Origin: Somniosus microcephalus
Lineage: Eukaryota
Direction: 5' to 3'
Assembly (NCBI GenBank): GCA_052327205.1
Contig: CM126225.1
Span: forward strand, 6,572,001-6,636,000
DNA: 64,000 bases
A program made the position numbers and the translations under genes. Below the pieces are notes generated by a model. The model was not told where the DNA came from and did not search any database. It saw nothing but the letters and a program-made list of their open reading frames with translations. Below are positions 24,520 through 38,313 of the stretch, piece by piece. Every line of letters starts with the position of its first letter. Position 1 is the first letter of the stretch.

Positions 24520-24725
24520 TCGTTATAACCCAGTCCTGCACGATTTATGATATATTAATGAATTATAGAAATGACTGTACTTCGTTCGCTTCTGTATGCG
24601 GCCAAATATGGGGGGTGCGAGTCGGAATCACGTGCTTTTGTTGACCAGTCGTAAATTCTCACTGATGACCTCAAGGGGTAATTCATGCTCTATGGTTACA
24701 AATAATGACGATCCGAGAATCGTTA
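24520..24725 (-). promoter_or_regulatory. hoxb5 proximal promoter block
   Basis: CGATTTATGA (Pbx/Hox-like), CCAAATATGG (CArG), CACGTG E-box, GTCGTAAA and a TGACCT half-site within 250 nt of the ATG. Confidence 0.6.
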
Positions 24726-24771
24726 CGCCATGTGAATGCAAGGCTCCAAATGGTGGCCAGGTTTGCAGAGT

Positions 24772-24785
24772 GCGCCACCTACTGG
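24772..24785 (-). promoter_or_regulatory. Candidate CTCF site between hoxb5 and hoxb6
   Basis: Minus strand CCAGTAGGTGGCGC fully matches the CTCF core CCASYAGRKGGCRS. Confidence 0.65.
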
Positions 24786-26897
24786 GCTCCGCCTAAATTA
24801 CACGAATTAAGGTCATTGCTTGTATATTAACATTGGTATTATTATATTAATAATAACACAACAGAAAGTTACCTTTTAAATTTACCTTCCTCAAAATCAA
24901 TAAATTATAGTATTGTATTACATTTTGTTACCTATTTTATTTAACCTTTGACAATGCATTTGTTTAAAAGCGCTATAAAAAATCAAAAATGCTAAGCATA
25001 AAACGGCAATTCAATTATCTTGCAATTGAATTGGAAATCACGTTTTATAGCTGTACTTGGAGTGGAGCAATTTATTTCGTTTTTTGACCAGATACATTTA
25101 AAAACAATTAACTTGCCATCCTTGACTAGTCAGTTAAATGTACGCGTTCATTGACTTACGCTTGGTGCTGTCGATGTGAGCTATATTATTTGCTACATGT
25201 TATAGTTCCAGTGTGTTTGCGGGATTGAAGTTCGTTCTGAAATGTGGTAATATGTGCGAATAAAATATGCTATCTATTAAAGAAAAACTTTGTTCTTAAA
25301 ATTACACAGATCCTTTCGAGACAAGGGGCAGACTGAATCTTAGAAAGTTATAATTTATACCTTGGGTGCACTCCTTTATGTTTCATGGGCTGTGCGCATA
25401 GCACATTTATTTTCATTACTCTGTTTTGAAGGAGTTAACTTAAGAAAATACACGTTTGAACTACTTTGTACCACCTCGACCATTCGGAGTTAATCTGCTT
25501 TATTAAAATTACCGTGTAATTATTCTGACTTAAATGCTAAATGAATAATATTAATTGACATTCCGGAGAGACGAATCCTCTCCTCGGTATTTTTATACAC
25601 ATAACCTCAGTATCGTTATACGATCTTTTACCGGATCGGCACAAGTCCTTCAGTAAAACTCACCTCCTAGAGGGTTCGGTGAATAATTAGCAGAGCGACT
25701 TCAGTATTTTGTGGCAAAATGTTATATTATTGTGTGGGGAAGGATTTAAATGCGAACATTCACCAGACTGAATCTGGCGGATTTTTGCGGGCATGCATAG
25801 TTATGACTAAAGGACGTTTGTACTCAACCCCCTTCTTTAAAAATGCGCCTTAACAAGACGATGTCATAAATGGGTCGTGCATTTAACAAGACGGCTACCG
25901 TGTAACAGTGAATAAAATAATTGAAACCAAGAGAGGCAGTTGTTAAAAGCTTTCTCTCTCTGTAATAAACAATCTGGCTGTGAATTTCAAAGCTTTGCAA
26001 ACCTACCCACAGCCAAGTAATGTTTGTATAATCCAGTCTGATTTTTAGAAGCAGCAGTAAGCTGATTACTGGAATGAAATTTAAATAAGTTTTGAAGGGA
26101 AATCATAGAGATAAATCAATTACGAGAAATTCAATGAGGATTGTCAACTTTTGTTTTGTGATAGATTGCAACCTAGACTTGGATAAGCAATGAGTAGCGA
26201 TATTGAAAATGTTAGTCTTTCTACCATCTCTCTCTCTCAGATCATCAATGGCTTTTATGGACGTTATGATTCTCCAATTGAAAAATGCACAGCATTGATT
26301 TTTTTTAGAAAAACTTTTATTATCATTCCAGATACGGATGCTTCAGTTTTTTAATTCATTACACACGCTACAAACACAATCACGTTTATTTAACCAAAAA
26401 CACAAATAAAAAAATAACCTCTTGCTCAATTCTTAAGACATTTTGCTTTTATTTTCCTCGCGAAAACAATCCAAAATACAATATTTAGACCTCATTGTGT
26501 AATCTGCACACGCACGCACACACATTTCCACACACGCACGCATACATACATAAAATAAATTGTGTTCACAGTGCACAAAAAAACATACACCTTAATTAAC
26601 TAGAGAGCTGAGAACAACCTCAAAGAAAATTCACAATATTGCAGCAGCTCAATTGAGATACAGAATTCATGGAATACTCCTAGTGTTTTTTAAACTATTG
26701 ACACCAAGGTGAAAACAATGCCTGCCTGGCTAGACCAAAGGAATGCATAACTCCATAATAAATCTTACAACACATACAGAAATGTACAATTCCACTGGTG
26801 CGCAACAGCAAACACAATGTAAACTTTTAATATTCATTATTCATTTTTAAATAAAGAACTGCATAGCGTTCCCCTCTCATTCTATCTCTTGTGGTTT

Positions 26898-27347
<450 letters not shown>

Positions 27348-27867
27348 TCACATTGATTATATTGGACGTTGTATGTTAAGCTACTCAGTTTCATAATAGA
27401 CTGTTTGATGAGCACTTTCGATCTGAAACACTATAAGTAATGATTCCCATTCATGTTATGGCTGCATTCTGCCCGATTAAGACTTTATAACCGGTGGGCC
27501 TGGCAGCTGTGCATTAAAATCTTTAGGAAAGAACAACTGATCTTGCCCCATAGTTAGTGCAGGCCAGACTCACATTTTATATACATAAACATATTAATCT
27601 TATCTTCCAGACGTTGAGTTTTAATGAATTATTCCGAATCTCTAAATATGCAACAACTCATATTTTAATGTGAAACCCGACACAGTGAAATGTATTAAAG
27701 TCTCCTGAAATCATTCAATGTTAAATGCTCGGCTCTAAGAAAGGGGGGTTTAAGGGATTAAGTGCTCATCTCTGCTCTTTCTCACTATGTCCAATGTAAG
27801 CATGCGTTAAAAAGTTTTTATTTTCAACAAATATGTGAAACTAAAAAGTATTAAAGTGCAAACTTAC

Positions 27868-28300
27868 CCCCACTGGAGTTCATTCTTTGCATCCAGGGGT
27901 AGACGGGAAGCGACCTCTTCTGATCGTCCACCTCTCCATATACAATTCTGTTTTGTGCGCACTCGGATTTGCGTTGGTCGGGGTTAAAATGCGTTGGGTC
28001 TTCCAGTGAGTGGTATTTGGAGCTGGTGGAGGAGGCGCCGTAAGGAGGGTCTTTCTCCCGATAAAAACTGGGGGCACCGTAATCACAGGGTGCCCGGTTG
28101 CACCCATACGCGCCGTTGGCTTGTTGATAGTAAGAGGGTGATGAGTAGCTTTTATCCTGCATGCTTGTAGCCCCATATGTGGCCGGGTAGTGTCTTAAAG
28201 GGTCGTAACCGGAGGAATATAGCGGAATCTGCCCAAGGAAGGACTCCTGCCCACTGGCAAGAGTCACCGGGAAAGTCGAGTTCACAAAATACGAACTCAT
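27868..28300 (-). CDS. hoxb6: HoxB6 coding exon 1 ([32 protein letters not shown]...VYPWMQRMNS)
   Basis: HoxB6-specific N-terminus and YPWMQRMNS. Donor G|GTAAGT at 27868/27867; 433 nt, phase 1. Confidence 0.96.
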
Positions 28301-31300
28301 TTGTTGGCTGCGCTGTGTTATGATTTGTTATGTATTAGTCCAAGTGCCTGTGCTATTAGCAGTTAGCGAGATGGGTTTGATTCGGGATGGCCAAGTGCCA
28401 GAAAGGACAGCAGGAAATATAACCATCTGATCATCGACTGACCAATGGCAATACTGTTTGATAGGAAAATAGCACCCATGAGGGACTTATCCATGAATCA
28501 GAAACGCTAGCAGAAACCGGCACATGTGATGGGGAAAAGTCCCAAACAGAGACAGAGAGAGAGAAAAATAATCAACAGAAACACAGCATCTTTAGATTCA
28601 CTCTGTACCGAAAGGGATAAAAAAGCATGACAATGCGCAAAGTTCTGCATCTATTTAACATTAGTTTACAAGCCCGTGCAAGCAGTGAAACAATCTACCC
28701 CTCAAACTGAACCAACAAGCAAAATAACACTCCATCCAGTATCCGTGCATTCAGATAATAATTCACTAAACACTTATTAACTCGATTTTATTGCTTCTTC
28801 CCTTTTCAATCGGAGGTTTCTTACCGGTCTGGCTTGCATTGTGATTGTGTAATTAAAGATGCATTCGGTCTGCTTTACATATAAAATGTTTCCATTGATA
28901 TTTCCAGCTCCCCATGTTATTTACCATCAGAGTTTCGTTCGCATATTGCATTGTATATGTGTATAAATATCTCGGTGGCGTGTGTATTAAGCACTCAAGA
29001 GTCCCTGATAGTCGTTTGTTGTGCTTGTGTTGCAGTTTTCTCGCTGTGTAAGAATGCGATGCGGTTTAACTTTGAGACACACGAAAAGGGGATCAAAGTA
29101 CCAACTTTTAACCTTTAATTGAAACCACAAAGCGAACGGAAGAAACTTTCCAAAGAGAAAAAGGCAACTAGACCAAAAACCCGGGAGGGATTCAGCAGCG
29201 GAATTGGACACAAACATTCGCTACGAAGAATCTACAATTTTATATTTAAAAGTTCCCGGAATAACATCTGCGAAGAGTTTTAAAAAAAAAGTTTGGTGTC
29301 AAAGACAAACGGGGAACAACACAGAAAATGGCTTAAAATTCATTAGAAACCCAACTTGTTAGACAGTGGCCGCCTTTGTAAAACAAAACAGTGTCTGCGC
29401 CCAAAAGCAGCAAGAACGGTTTTCGCTGGCAGAAGTATGGCGATATTTATATGTACTTTGTTTAGCTCAGTGAGTACACCATTTACAGACTTATTCCGTG
29501 TATTTAAACATATATGTACGAATATTACTTGAAGTCACTTACATTAAGTGCTTAATCGATGCCGGGTGATATCCAGGACTAAACACAGACTGTAAACTGA
29601 TACACGCCTATATTTATAGATCGCTGCACAGTACTTCAGATAACATTCAATGTTGCTCTTCTGATCTATGTTGTGTTGTACTTTTAAACTATGCGTTATA
29701 GAAATAAAATAGTTTTGCATTGTAATATATGAATTTGGTAATGTGTATTTTATTCAAATTTCAGCTTTTCTATGTATAAATCTTTATACTTTACTCATGA
29801 AATTCACCAGATGGCTTTTATTCAAAAAATAGACATGTTGTGTCCATCTGTGTGATTAGCGAGTTTTTAAAAAATCAAACCAAGTTTTAGCCATTTTCAC
29901 TTTATATGAAAATAAATATATTTTTTAATAGATATAATTATTTAACCATTTATAACTATTAAATGTTGCAAGTATCAGAGAGTTTGTGTTGGACTTTAGG
30001 ACTTATTTTTAGCAGTTCCTCTGGAACGCACCACTTCCTGGTTTCAAACATCTGTTTCAAAGAATCATAAACTGATTAGTGAGCACATGGCAGAAATTAA
30101 AGAAAGGCTTCCCTCTTGGTACTGGTTCAGTTTCAGATGCGGGTAGTTTTCTTGTTCTGCAAACGTGTCTCTTTGAGCAGGGTGAGAAAGCATAGACGAA
30201 ACTTTTCCTATCTGAGAGATTCCCAGTCTGGCATTACTTCTTGAAGCAGCGGTTACTGCAATCAAACCAAGTGTCTCCAACTTAAATCTTAGATTTTTAC
30301 TTTCTATTCTTTTTACTTCCTTGTTCTAATTTCCAAGAAAGCTTTAAAGAGCAATGATATGAAGACTCTGCATATACATTGCAACCTTTTCAAATAACAT
30401 TAGTACACTCGGAGACAACTGACTCAAATCAGTTGCTATCTGATGTTCAGTTTCTTTTGCTAAATATTCTTTCTTTTCATTTTTTAGACATTTGGTCCCC
30501 AAGTACATAGCTTTATTGTAACTTTAGGTTCATTTTGTTCTAATGGTGTCATTTGTAAAATGATTGATACCGTCTGATTTTATCGCCTCAATCCCTGTAA
30601 GCTACAAGGGTGCGTTCCAATCAATATAAGTTTTGTTTTATTTATTCATAATTATTTTTTAAAATAAGTTCAGTATAAGCAGAGTTGGAATTATAAAACC
30701 AGGTAGAACAAAAGTTGTAAGATTATAGCTATTTCCCAGCACAATTGTTCCAACGCTGAGTTTCCAAGGAATCTCATAGTTGTCATTTAAACAAATCCGG
30801 TATATAAATGTTTTCATCTGAGTTTTGATTGCTGAATCAGACATATTTTCGAATACAGCTTCGAGCCACAATTTGTTCCTTTCACCAAATATTTTAGCTT
30901 TAAGCCTTAGTTAGATATTCCCACCACCCCGACAATGTTCCCTTTTACTGGTCATCGAAGATCGCCATTTACTTTTGGTGTCAATTTCAACGTCTCTTTG
31001 TCAGGGAAAGAGCTTAAAATCCTCTTTCAATGTGTGGGAAGGTAAAATTAAAGGGGGTGTTGGAAGTTCTGTGGATCTTGTTTATTGCAATAGGTCGGGG
31101 ACATCAAAGACAGAAATTCGTTTATAAGTGGTCTGGTTACGCTTTACATGGTAGGCCTTGCACATAACAGGACTGACTTGCTGCAATGCTATCTGTGCAG
31201 GGATAAACAGCAAATTCAGGCCTTGCTATCAATTTGCTGCTATTAGGAGGTAGCCAAGAATTTGCTCCCATGAGATCTGTTTGCACAGGAATTTTACAAA

Positions 31301-32955
31301 TCGCAACTGCAGATTAACTTTGACACAAAATTCGATTTCTTCAATAACCCTGGAATTTCCTCCAAAAGGCACTTCTGTTTAATACGAATTGGCTGCTATT
31401 AAAGTAGAACGTTTGGGAGAGCCGCTAACTGACCATCACAATACATTTACATTCGTACAGACCACTGCGACAAGGTTGCGGTGTACTATATCTACCCTTT
31501 TTCAAATACTCTGAGCTTATGTTTTTCTTTGAACAGAACAGCCAACAAAATAAAATCACAAACATTAATAGTTCCATTCTAGTTAGTGCAATTGTTGCAT
31601 TGAGAGAGACAGAAATGAAGGGAAAGCAAATAGGTAGCTTGCTACTGAAAAGCACATAGACCAATAATGAAAATCGCTGCGAACTTTCAGTTATATATAA
31701 ATACGCATGCACACGCACACACCCAGACGATGTATAAATATACATCGTCGGTGCTCGTTTATGCAGCTCAGTTCCTTTCCATATTCTGCAGATACAATGC
31801 AGCATGTCCCTTTTGCTCCATTATTTTCCGACTTCCTCGGCCAAGTGGAACGCAAGGTGGCAGCAGAGAGCCAGAAATCCCGCCTCCCCCGCCTCCCACC
31901 CTCAGCAAAAGCCCTGGTAGATTTATATTATATCAATGCAGAGCTACTGGGCCTCTTGGTTGCTAAACATTCTAAACCACGATCATCTAAACGCCATCTT
32001 ATATTATATCATGGTACTGTTATCCACTATCGGTGTAAGCTGAAACCCTAATGCTCTCCAACAGAAAAAAACCTGTCGCACATCGTGAGCGTATGAATTT
32101 GTAACTCGAGCACCGAATGCTCGACTCAGAACAAATTATTAACAATCGTGAGACACAATAGGAGGAAAAACACCACTATTACAACACAATTATAATACGT
32201 CAGTGCGTCACTCTCGGTGACACTGACGGCCCTAATTGCTGCTCCCGATAAAACTGTTCACGCAATGAGCGACCCTCGAGAAAAGATTAACAATCACCAA
32301 GCTCATTTAACATTACCATGTAACAGAACTCGTCCCCAAACACAATTATAGATTTGTCAACAAGCCACAGCTATACGGGATAACTGGCTCGCTGATTATG
32401 TAACAGACATGTGAAGCAGAAACGCAATGCCAAAAACTCACGGACTCGCAGTTAAATTGAAGAAATAATTTTTCACAGCTGCATCACATTACAGTCTCTA
32501 AACACAGGCTCATTAGAATAAAATACAATAAATATACTGTCCAACTGACATCAACAAGTCTCTAATTATTTTCTGAGGATTTATTTTGCTGAATTTCTGC
32601 ACAAAAATCATTTAGTCGAATTTGGAAAACAATCAATTGTATAATATGTGCTAATATTCGCCTTACCTTTTGCAGCATCATCTGTGATTTTGTTTCGATC
32701 TGCATCCTCTCACTTTGGAACCAGCGTGATTTTTTTTTCATCGACAATATTGCCCCAAACTGATAGCCGTCGGTTAACCTGCGGCCGCAGACTGGCCGGG
32801 GTTCATGCATCTGTCATTTACACGCGAAATCGGAATTCGAGCCTCTTTGAAAAATGATATCATCCACATCACTGAGACTTGCGCCACTCCATCCATTGCT
32901 GAAATTCCCAATCGACAGACAAGTGGTAGATTACAAAAAAAGTCTTGTTTACTTT

Positions 32956-33024
32956 GTGTGCGCGTGTATGTCTGTGTGTGTGTGTGTGTGTCTGTGTGTG
33001 TGTGTATGTATGTGTGTGTGTGTG
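32956..33024. repeat. Imperfect (GT)n microsatellite
   Basis: Directly visible. Confidence 0.95.
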
Positions 33025-33109
33025 TTTGCACCTCCACTAGTAACTATCAAAGTTTGAAAAAAAAAACCCGATAGAAGCCCTGAGGAGGACACAGGACCGA
33101 CCCAAGGTA

Positions 33110-33290
33110 CGGTGGCCAAAAGAATACTGCAATATACTCACATGGGAAATCATAAAAAGTTCATGTTCACGGTTGCTATCCACATGACCGGCAGCGGCCA
33201 ATCGAAGGACCGATCCACTCATAAAGTTCTATCACAAAGTTGTAAATTTTCATAAAACAACAAGGAATTTATTGCATTTCTTCATGACTA
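33110..33290. promoter_or_regulatory. Hox7/8-6 intergenic conserved element (four-cluster-sequence-like) and probable alternative promoter
   Basis: Dense CATAAA/TTTAT/GTAAAT sites (ATCACAAAGTTGTAAATTTTCATAAAACAACAAGGAATTTATTGC), CACATG and CCAAT, lying 3' of hoxb7. Assignment is from recalled position and motif content. Confidence 0.6.
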
Positions 33291-34528
33291 CTAACAACAG
33301 GCCCCCTCGCCGCCATGTTTTGTGCTAAAGCAAAATGGCAAAAAGAATATTTTTTATTAAATGCTCTCTTACAAAACGTCAAGCTTTACATGGATTGTCT
33401 TTTTATTCATGCCAGATTATATCGCAGCCCAATTCTCCGTGTGTTTCCCGCATTCATCTCTTCCTTTCCGTAGAAAGAAGGGTAACTACATAAAATTAAA
33501 AAATAGCTTTTGCGAAACGCAAATATTTCTGGACTTTTTCCTCTTTCTGTGGGTCTGCGATTCGCGCAATTTGAAACATATGATGTAAAATTATGAATTT
33601 AGTTTATCATAAGTAGATAAAACGTTTCGTTTAACGAAATTTGCCTGGCTTCATTTTAAAAGCCAATTTTCACAGTTCGACTTATTATTTTCTCAAAAAT
33701 AAATTTTAATCCCTATTACCCTGACATTTACTTTTGAAGGAACAACAGTGCGTCTTTAATACAATAGCAGACCGGTTTCTTTTGATCAAGTCAGAAGGAT
33801 TCACTCGTCCTATATACCCAAAACTGAAAGGGGCAAGAGCGAAGGTAAGCCGACCGGAATCTCGAGCCCCTGGTTAATTGACTGAATTTACCTCCACTGT
33901 CTATAAGGCGCAATGCGCCTGAAACACCATCAGAGAACATTCAAATTATAATAATCGTCAGATTTTTTTAAAATAACAGAACTAGTTAATTATTATGTAA
34001 AAGATTACAATCGCTTGTATGTGAAAATGGTATTACCCATGTCATATATTGTTAATGTGTGTTAGAAGAATATTTACCCCTGCTTTTCGACAAAAATATT
34101 TCATTGACAGATATGTTAGATATGTAAAGTGCATTTACGCACAATGCATATATTAAATGCATCATGTAAGAGTAATTTTCCAACTATTTACTCGCTGAAA
34201 TACATTGCCTTGACACCCGACGCCTAACCCAGCTACACTGTCTTCACAAAGTGTTATATCTTTATTTAGACATAGATAGCTTTACAACTCCCACGCCAAG
34301 GTTCGGGATGCTTCCAGTCCCTTTGTTGCGTGTAATTGTCGAGTTCTGCTGAATCAGGACAGCGAGCTTTAAAGAGTCGAGTGTTATACACTGGGGCGCA
34401 AAACTGGGAATTAGTCAGAACGAAAATATTCCATTAATTGGGTTAGTCTGGCAGAGGAATTGGTCTTGACTCATAAAATCAGTCTCGGCGTTTTATATTT
34501 TCGTTGAGGGATATGTTATGATTGTAAT

Positions 34529-34550
34529 GTGTGTGAGTGTGTGTGTGTGT

Positions 34551-34591
<41 letters not shown>

Positions 34592-34612
34592 TGTGTATGT
34601 GTGTGCGTGTGT
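34529..34612. repeat. (GT)n microsatellite just past the hoxb7 3' end
   Basis: Directly visible. Confidence 0.95.
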
Positions 34613-34666
34613 GGTACAAAATATAAGCTTTGATAGCGAGGCACAATAACGAAAAAAAACCCTAAT

Positions 34667-34672
34667 TTTATT
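34667..34672 (-). terminator. Candidate hoxb7 polyadenylation signal
   Basis: AATAAA on the minus strand about 0.55 kb after the stop, with a downstream U-rich tract. Confidence 0.5.
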
Positions 34673-35118
34673 TCACAGAACAGTTTACATCCTTCATACT
34701 AAAGCGCGAAAACTCAACTGAACAGACATAAATGGTCCATTTTTAAATATGAAAAAATGTACATAGAAGTTACACTCAACACTTCCACCAGAACACCATT
34801 TTATATATTTAACTATAACAGGGGTTTATACGGGACACACATTAATAATCTGTACACGGGTTGTGACTACACACAGCTCCTTTTCGAAACTATTTCTTAC
34901 TGACAAGAAATGACATCGATACAGTAACAAATATAAAGTCACTGACATGTTATCCTTTAAATACACAAGGTAAAGCAAGGCTAATTACAGCAACAGCAAA
35001 TTCACCACATCAAAAAGGCTATCGCACAGACTATATTTAACTGTACTTGTACAATATAGATTTGGGTTATTCCCTCTAATCTGTACAAAACAAACTACAA
35101 GTAAAACAGTCACAGATT

Positions 35119-35126
35119 TAGGTAGT
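35119..35126 (-). promoter_or_regulatory. miR-196 8mer seed site in hoxb7 3' UTR
   Basis: mRNA sense ACTACCTA about 100 nt after the hoxb7 stop. Hoxb7 is an established predicted miR-196 target. Confidence 0.7.
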
Positions 35127-35227
35127 ATTCTGTTTCAGTGTTAAGAAATGAGGAACAAATCGCTCCATTTGTTAAAAAAGTCATTTAAGTTTATGCCTCT
35201 TTTTTAAGTTTTTAGAAGTTTATTTTT

Positions 35228-35560
<333 letters not shown>

Positions 35561-36757
35561 TCAGCATTACCCTTTCCTACATTTCACTATTGCCACGAAT
35601 TTTAACATTTTATCCCGAATATCCCCTTGGCAGATATAATAAATTGATGTCGGAAAGTAACTGATTACAATCAATATAAAGTTTGTATTAATGCTTTATA
35701 AAGGACGGAGGATGTCTCTGTATGTGAAAGTATTTAAACTGTTTACACAGCATTTACAGGCCTGAAACCAGTCATGTAATGAGACTCAAAAACATATTAA
35801 TTTTCTATTTAGCTATTATTTTTAAAGAAGGATATTTGTGTTAGTTTAACAACTGTAATCTATTGATGGATGATCTTTGTCCTACATCCTCTCTGGATTT
35901 TGGTGAGTTAACGTTATGTAACCTGAAACTGACAGGTAGCTAGAAAATGGATACTGCGATGTGTTTCAAAGCATAACACTGTGATGCACTTTGTCTACCC
36001 GGCTATGCAGGAAAGCACCAATCTCCAAATTCAGTAAAGGGTCGTCAGCTTTGCAATTCTTCAACATACGGGAGAAAATACAACAAATGTGGAATAGGCA
36101 GAGAAACAGCCCTCTCGCCTGGCGGGCTGAAAAGAGCTGCTAAAATGGGGTAATGGTGCTCAGGGCTCCCCCCACCTCCTCTCCCTACCTTACATGCTAC
36201 ACAAGTACAAACTGCCGCATTGGTTTGACTGGGCCAAAGCAACGATAGACTGCGCATTGAAGTAATTCCCACTGAACTGAAATATCTTTTTAAATATTTA
36301 ATGCTAGTTTTGCGCACTTTTTGTAGCCTCCATTTGTCATCTTCTTGCCATCCCTGATGTATGCCGCTACATTCACCAACCGCCCCCCCCCCCTCCCGCC
36401 CCCTCCCTTTCCAGCCGCATCCACAACACCCAATAGCGCGTTGCAACTCAGAAACACAGAGAGAAACTTTGAACCGAAGCGGAATTGCAACAGGATTTAA
36501 TGGAAATAAACTGAAAAAGGTAAAAAAAAAAGAGGCCAGTTAGGTCTCAAGGGATTTTCCGGGCTCATTGCTTTTTTTCTTGGAATTAAGAGCACAGATT
36601 GGTGAAAATTTACGAGGACAAGAATAAACGTTCCTTTGAAGTGTGCAAATATATTTACCCTTTAATGCACAACTTTGCAGCCCTCTAGTTCCTATTTTAT
36701 TTTAAGGTGGCTTTGAAATTTTTTCACAAGGAGCTATCATACATCAAATTCAGCGAC

Positions 36758-36852
36758 TTGATTGTTTATGGGGGGAGCACATTGCATTTTATACCCCTGT
36801 TTCGGTGAACGTCATAAATGAACACGGCACCATAATGCAATAAAGTAATTCA
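36758..36852. promoter_or_regulatory. HB1-like element in hoxb7 intron
   Basis: TTTATGG...GTCATAAAT...CCATAATGCAATAAAGTAATT cluster just inside the Hox7 intron. Confidence 0.6.
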
Positions 36853-36895
36853 CGGTCCCTCTAAGAGGTTTCACCTTCTGTGACTTTTCACATAC

Positions 36896-37295
36896 CTGAG
36901 CTCTTCATCCAAGGGTAGATCCGGAAGTTCTCGGACTGGGGGTCTGTCTCTCTTTGCTCCGACTTGCTGCAACTCTGCTTGCAGGAGTCCCCCGCGCCGC
37001 ACATCATTGATGAGATGTTGTGATCGAAGGAAGAACAGTGCATGTTAAAGGAGTTGGCGTTGAGGCCGTAAGGAGACGTGTACATGGTCGGGCTCTGGTG
37101 GTGGAGGCTGTTAGCTGTGCTGTACAAAGCCGGCACAGTGGCTGCGTACGAAGCCGATCCTGAGCCGTAGCCCGGCCGCTGGGAGTTGGAGGCAAAAGCG
37201 CAAGAAGTTGGTTCGGAAAATACCCCGGTTGGAAAAACTGAAGTTCCGGCTGTATATTTCGAAAATAAAGCATTCGCATAATACAATGAACTCAT
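36896..37295 (-). CDS. hoxb7: HoxB7 coding exon 1 ([14 protein letters not shown]...[11 protein letters not shown])
   Basis: HoxB7-specific MSSLYYAN start and NFRIYPWM. Donor G|GTATGT at 36896/36895; 400 nt, phase 1. Confidence 0.96.
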
Positions 37296-37334
37296 AATTT
37301 GGCCGGTGATTTGTAGGCCGGGACGTTTCAGTGT

Positions 37335-37450
37335 CGGTTTTACGAGGTACGGTGATATATTACGGAATTAAGAGTCCAGATTTACACTAGAAGAACCCCC
37401 TTTTTCCTCCCGGTGCACGTGATATCGGCACGTGACACGGCCGACCAATG
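37335..37450 (-). promoter_or_regulatory. hoxb7 proximal promoter
   Basis: Tandem CACGTG E-boxes (37416-37421, 37429-37434), CCAAT (37445-37449), a TATA-like TAATATAT and a TTTTACGA posterior-Hox-type site. Confidence 0.65.
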
Positions 37451-37748
37451 AGAGCCAGGCTACCCGCTGTTTCCTTGGATGATGGAAACATTTCTCTGAG
37501 CAAAAGCAAAATTCCTGCATCCAAGTAATAATGTGACTTAACTTTAAATACAAGGTGAATAGGACGCGACTTGGGGTTCTAGGCTGGGTGGATCGAAGCT
37601 TTAGATGGGGATTTAAAAAAATCAATCGATTGGCTTTCTGTAGCTTACATTGGGAAACGCATTTGTCAAAACAGCTTTTTTGGGACTCGGTTGCGTTCTA
37701 ACAAGTTCTTAGAATCGATTTCTACCTTAATTCTTAATTCTTAATTCT

Positions 37749-37855
37749 CCCACATTACAACAGTGACTACACACCAAAGGTGGTTCATTGGCTGTAAAAC
37801 GCTCTGAGACGTCCGGTGGTCGTGAAAGGCGCTAGAGAAATGCAAATCTTTCTTT
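37749..37855 (+). mobile_element. Truncated SINE 3' end (same family as 14511-14622)
   Basis: ACATTACAACAGTGACTACAC...TTCATTGGCTGTAAAA...GACGTCCGGTGGTCGTGAAAGGCGCTAGAGAAATGCAAATCTTTCTTT, colinear with the first copy. Confidence 0.7.
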
Positions 37856-38307
37856 AATATCGGTCACTGGCCAGAGGAGAGATTTCAGAATCTATTATTT
37901 TGCAAAAACTACAACATTAGTTTTCACACAAACAAACAACACCAGATATCTACCCTTTATACTCGCCACAGGTATTTCAGAGCGAAGTTGAACTTGTTCT
38001 CTCTTTTACAGGGGGGGGGGGCGTGGAGGGAGGGAGGAATTATGAGTGCAAATGAGTCAAGTGAACTGCAAACATAAACAGGCCGCTAATAAAAAGGTCA
38101 CAACGACAAATTGAGTCAGGTGCGAAAGCTATGTGTTATTGATATTTTAATGCTCACTTTTCAACAACATTAACTCTCAGTGCATTTGTCTATCTCGTAC
38201 TCGACACAATATGCACAGTTTCTTTTTTTGCCAAACCTTTTCATTGAAAGAAATTCTATTTTTTTAAAAAGCCGAGCAATTTCACAGTTCTGATTTCGCT
38301 TGTAAAG

Positions 38308-38313
38308 TTTATT
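38308..38313 (-). terminator. Candidate hoxb8 polyadenylation signal
   Basis: AATAAA on the minus strand about 0.7 kb after the stop and distal to the miR-196 site. Confidence 0.5.

Noticed and set aside
32774-33074. ORFs rich in HT/VC repeats (also 23386-23702 and 27089-27415)
   Set aside because: Translations of CA/GT/GA microsatellites.
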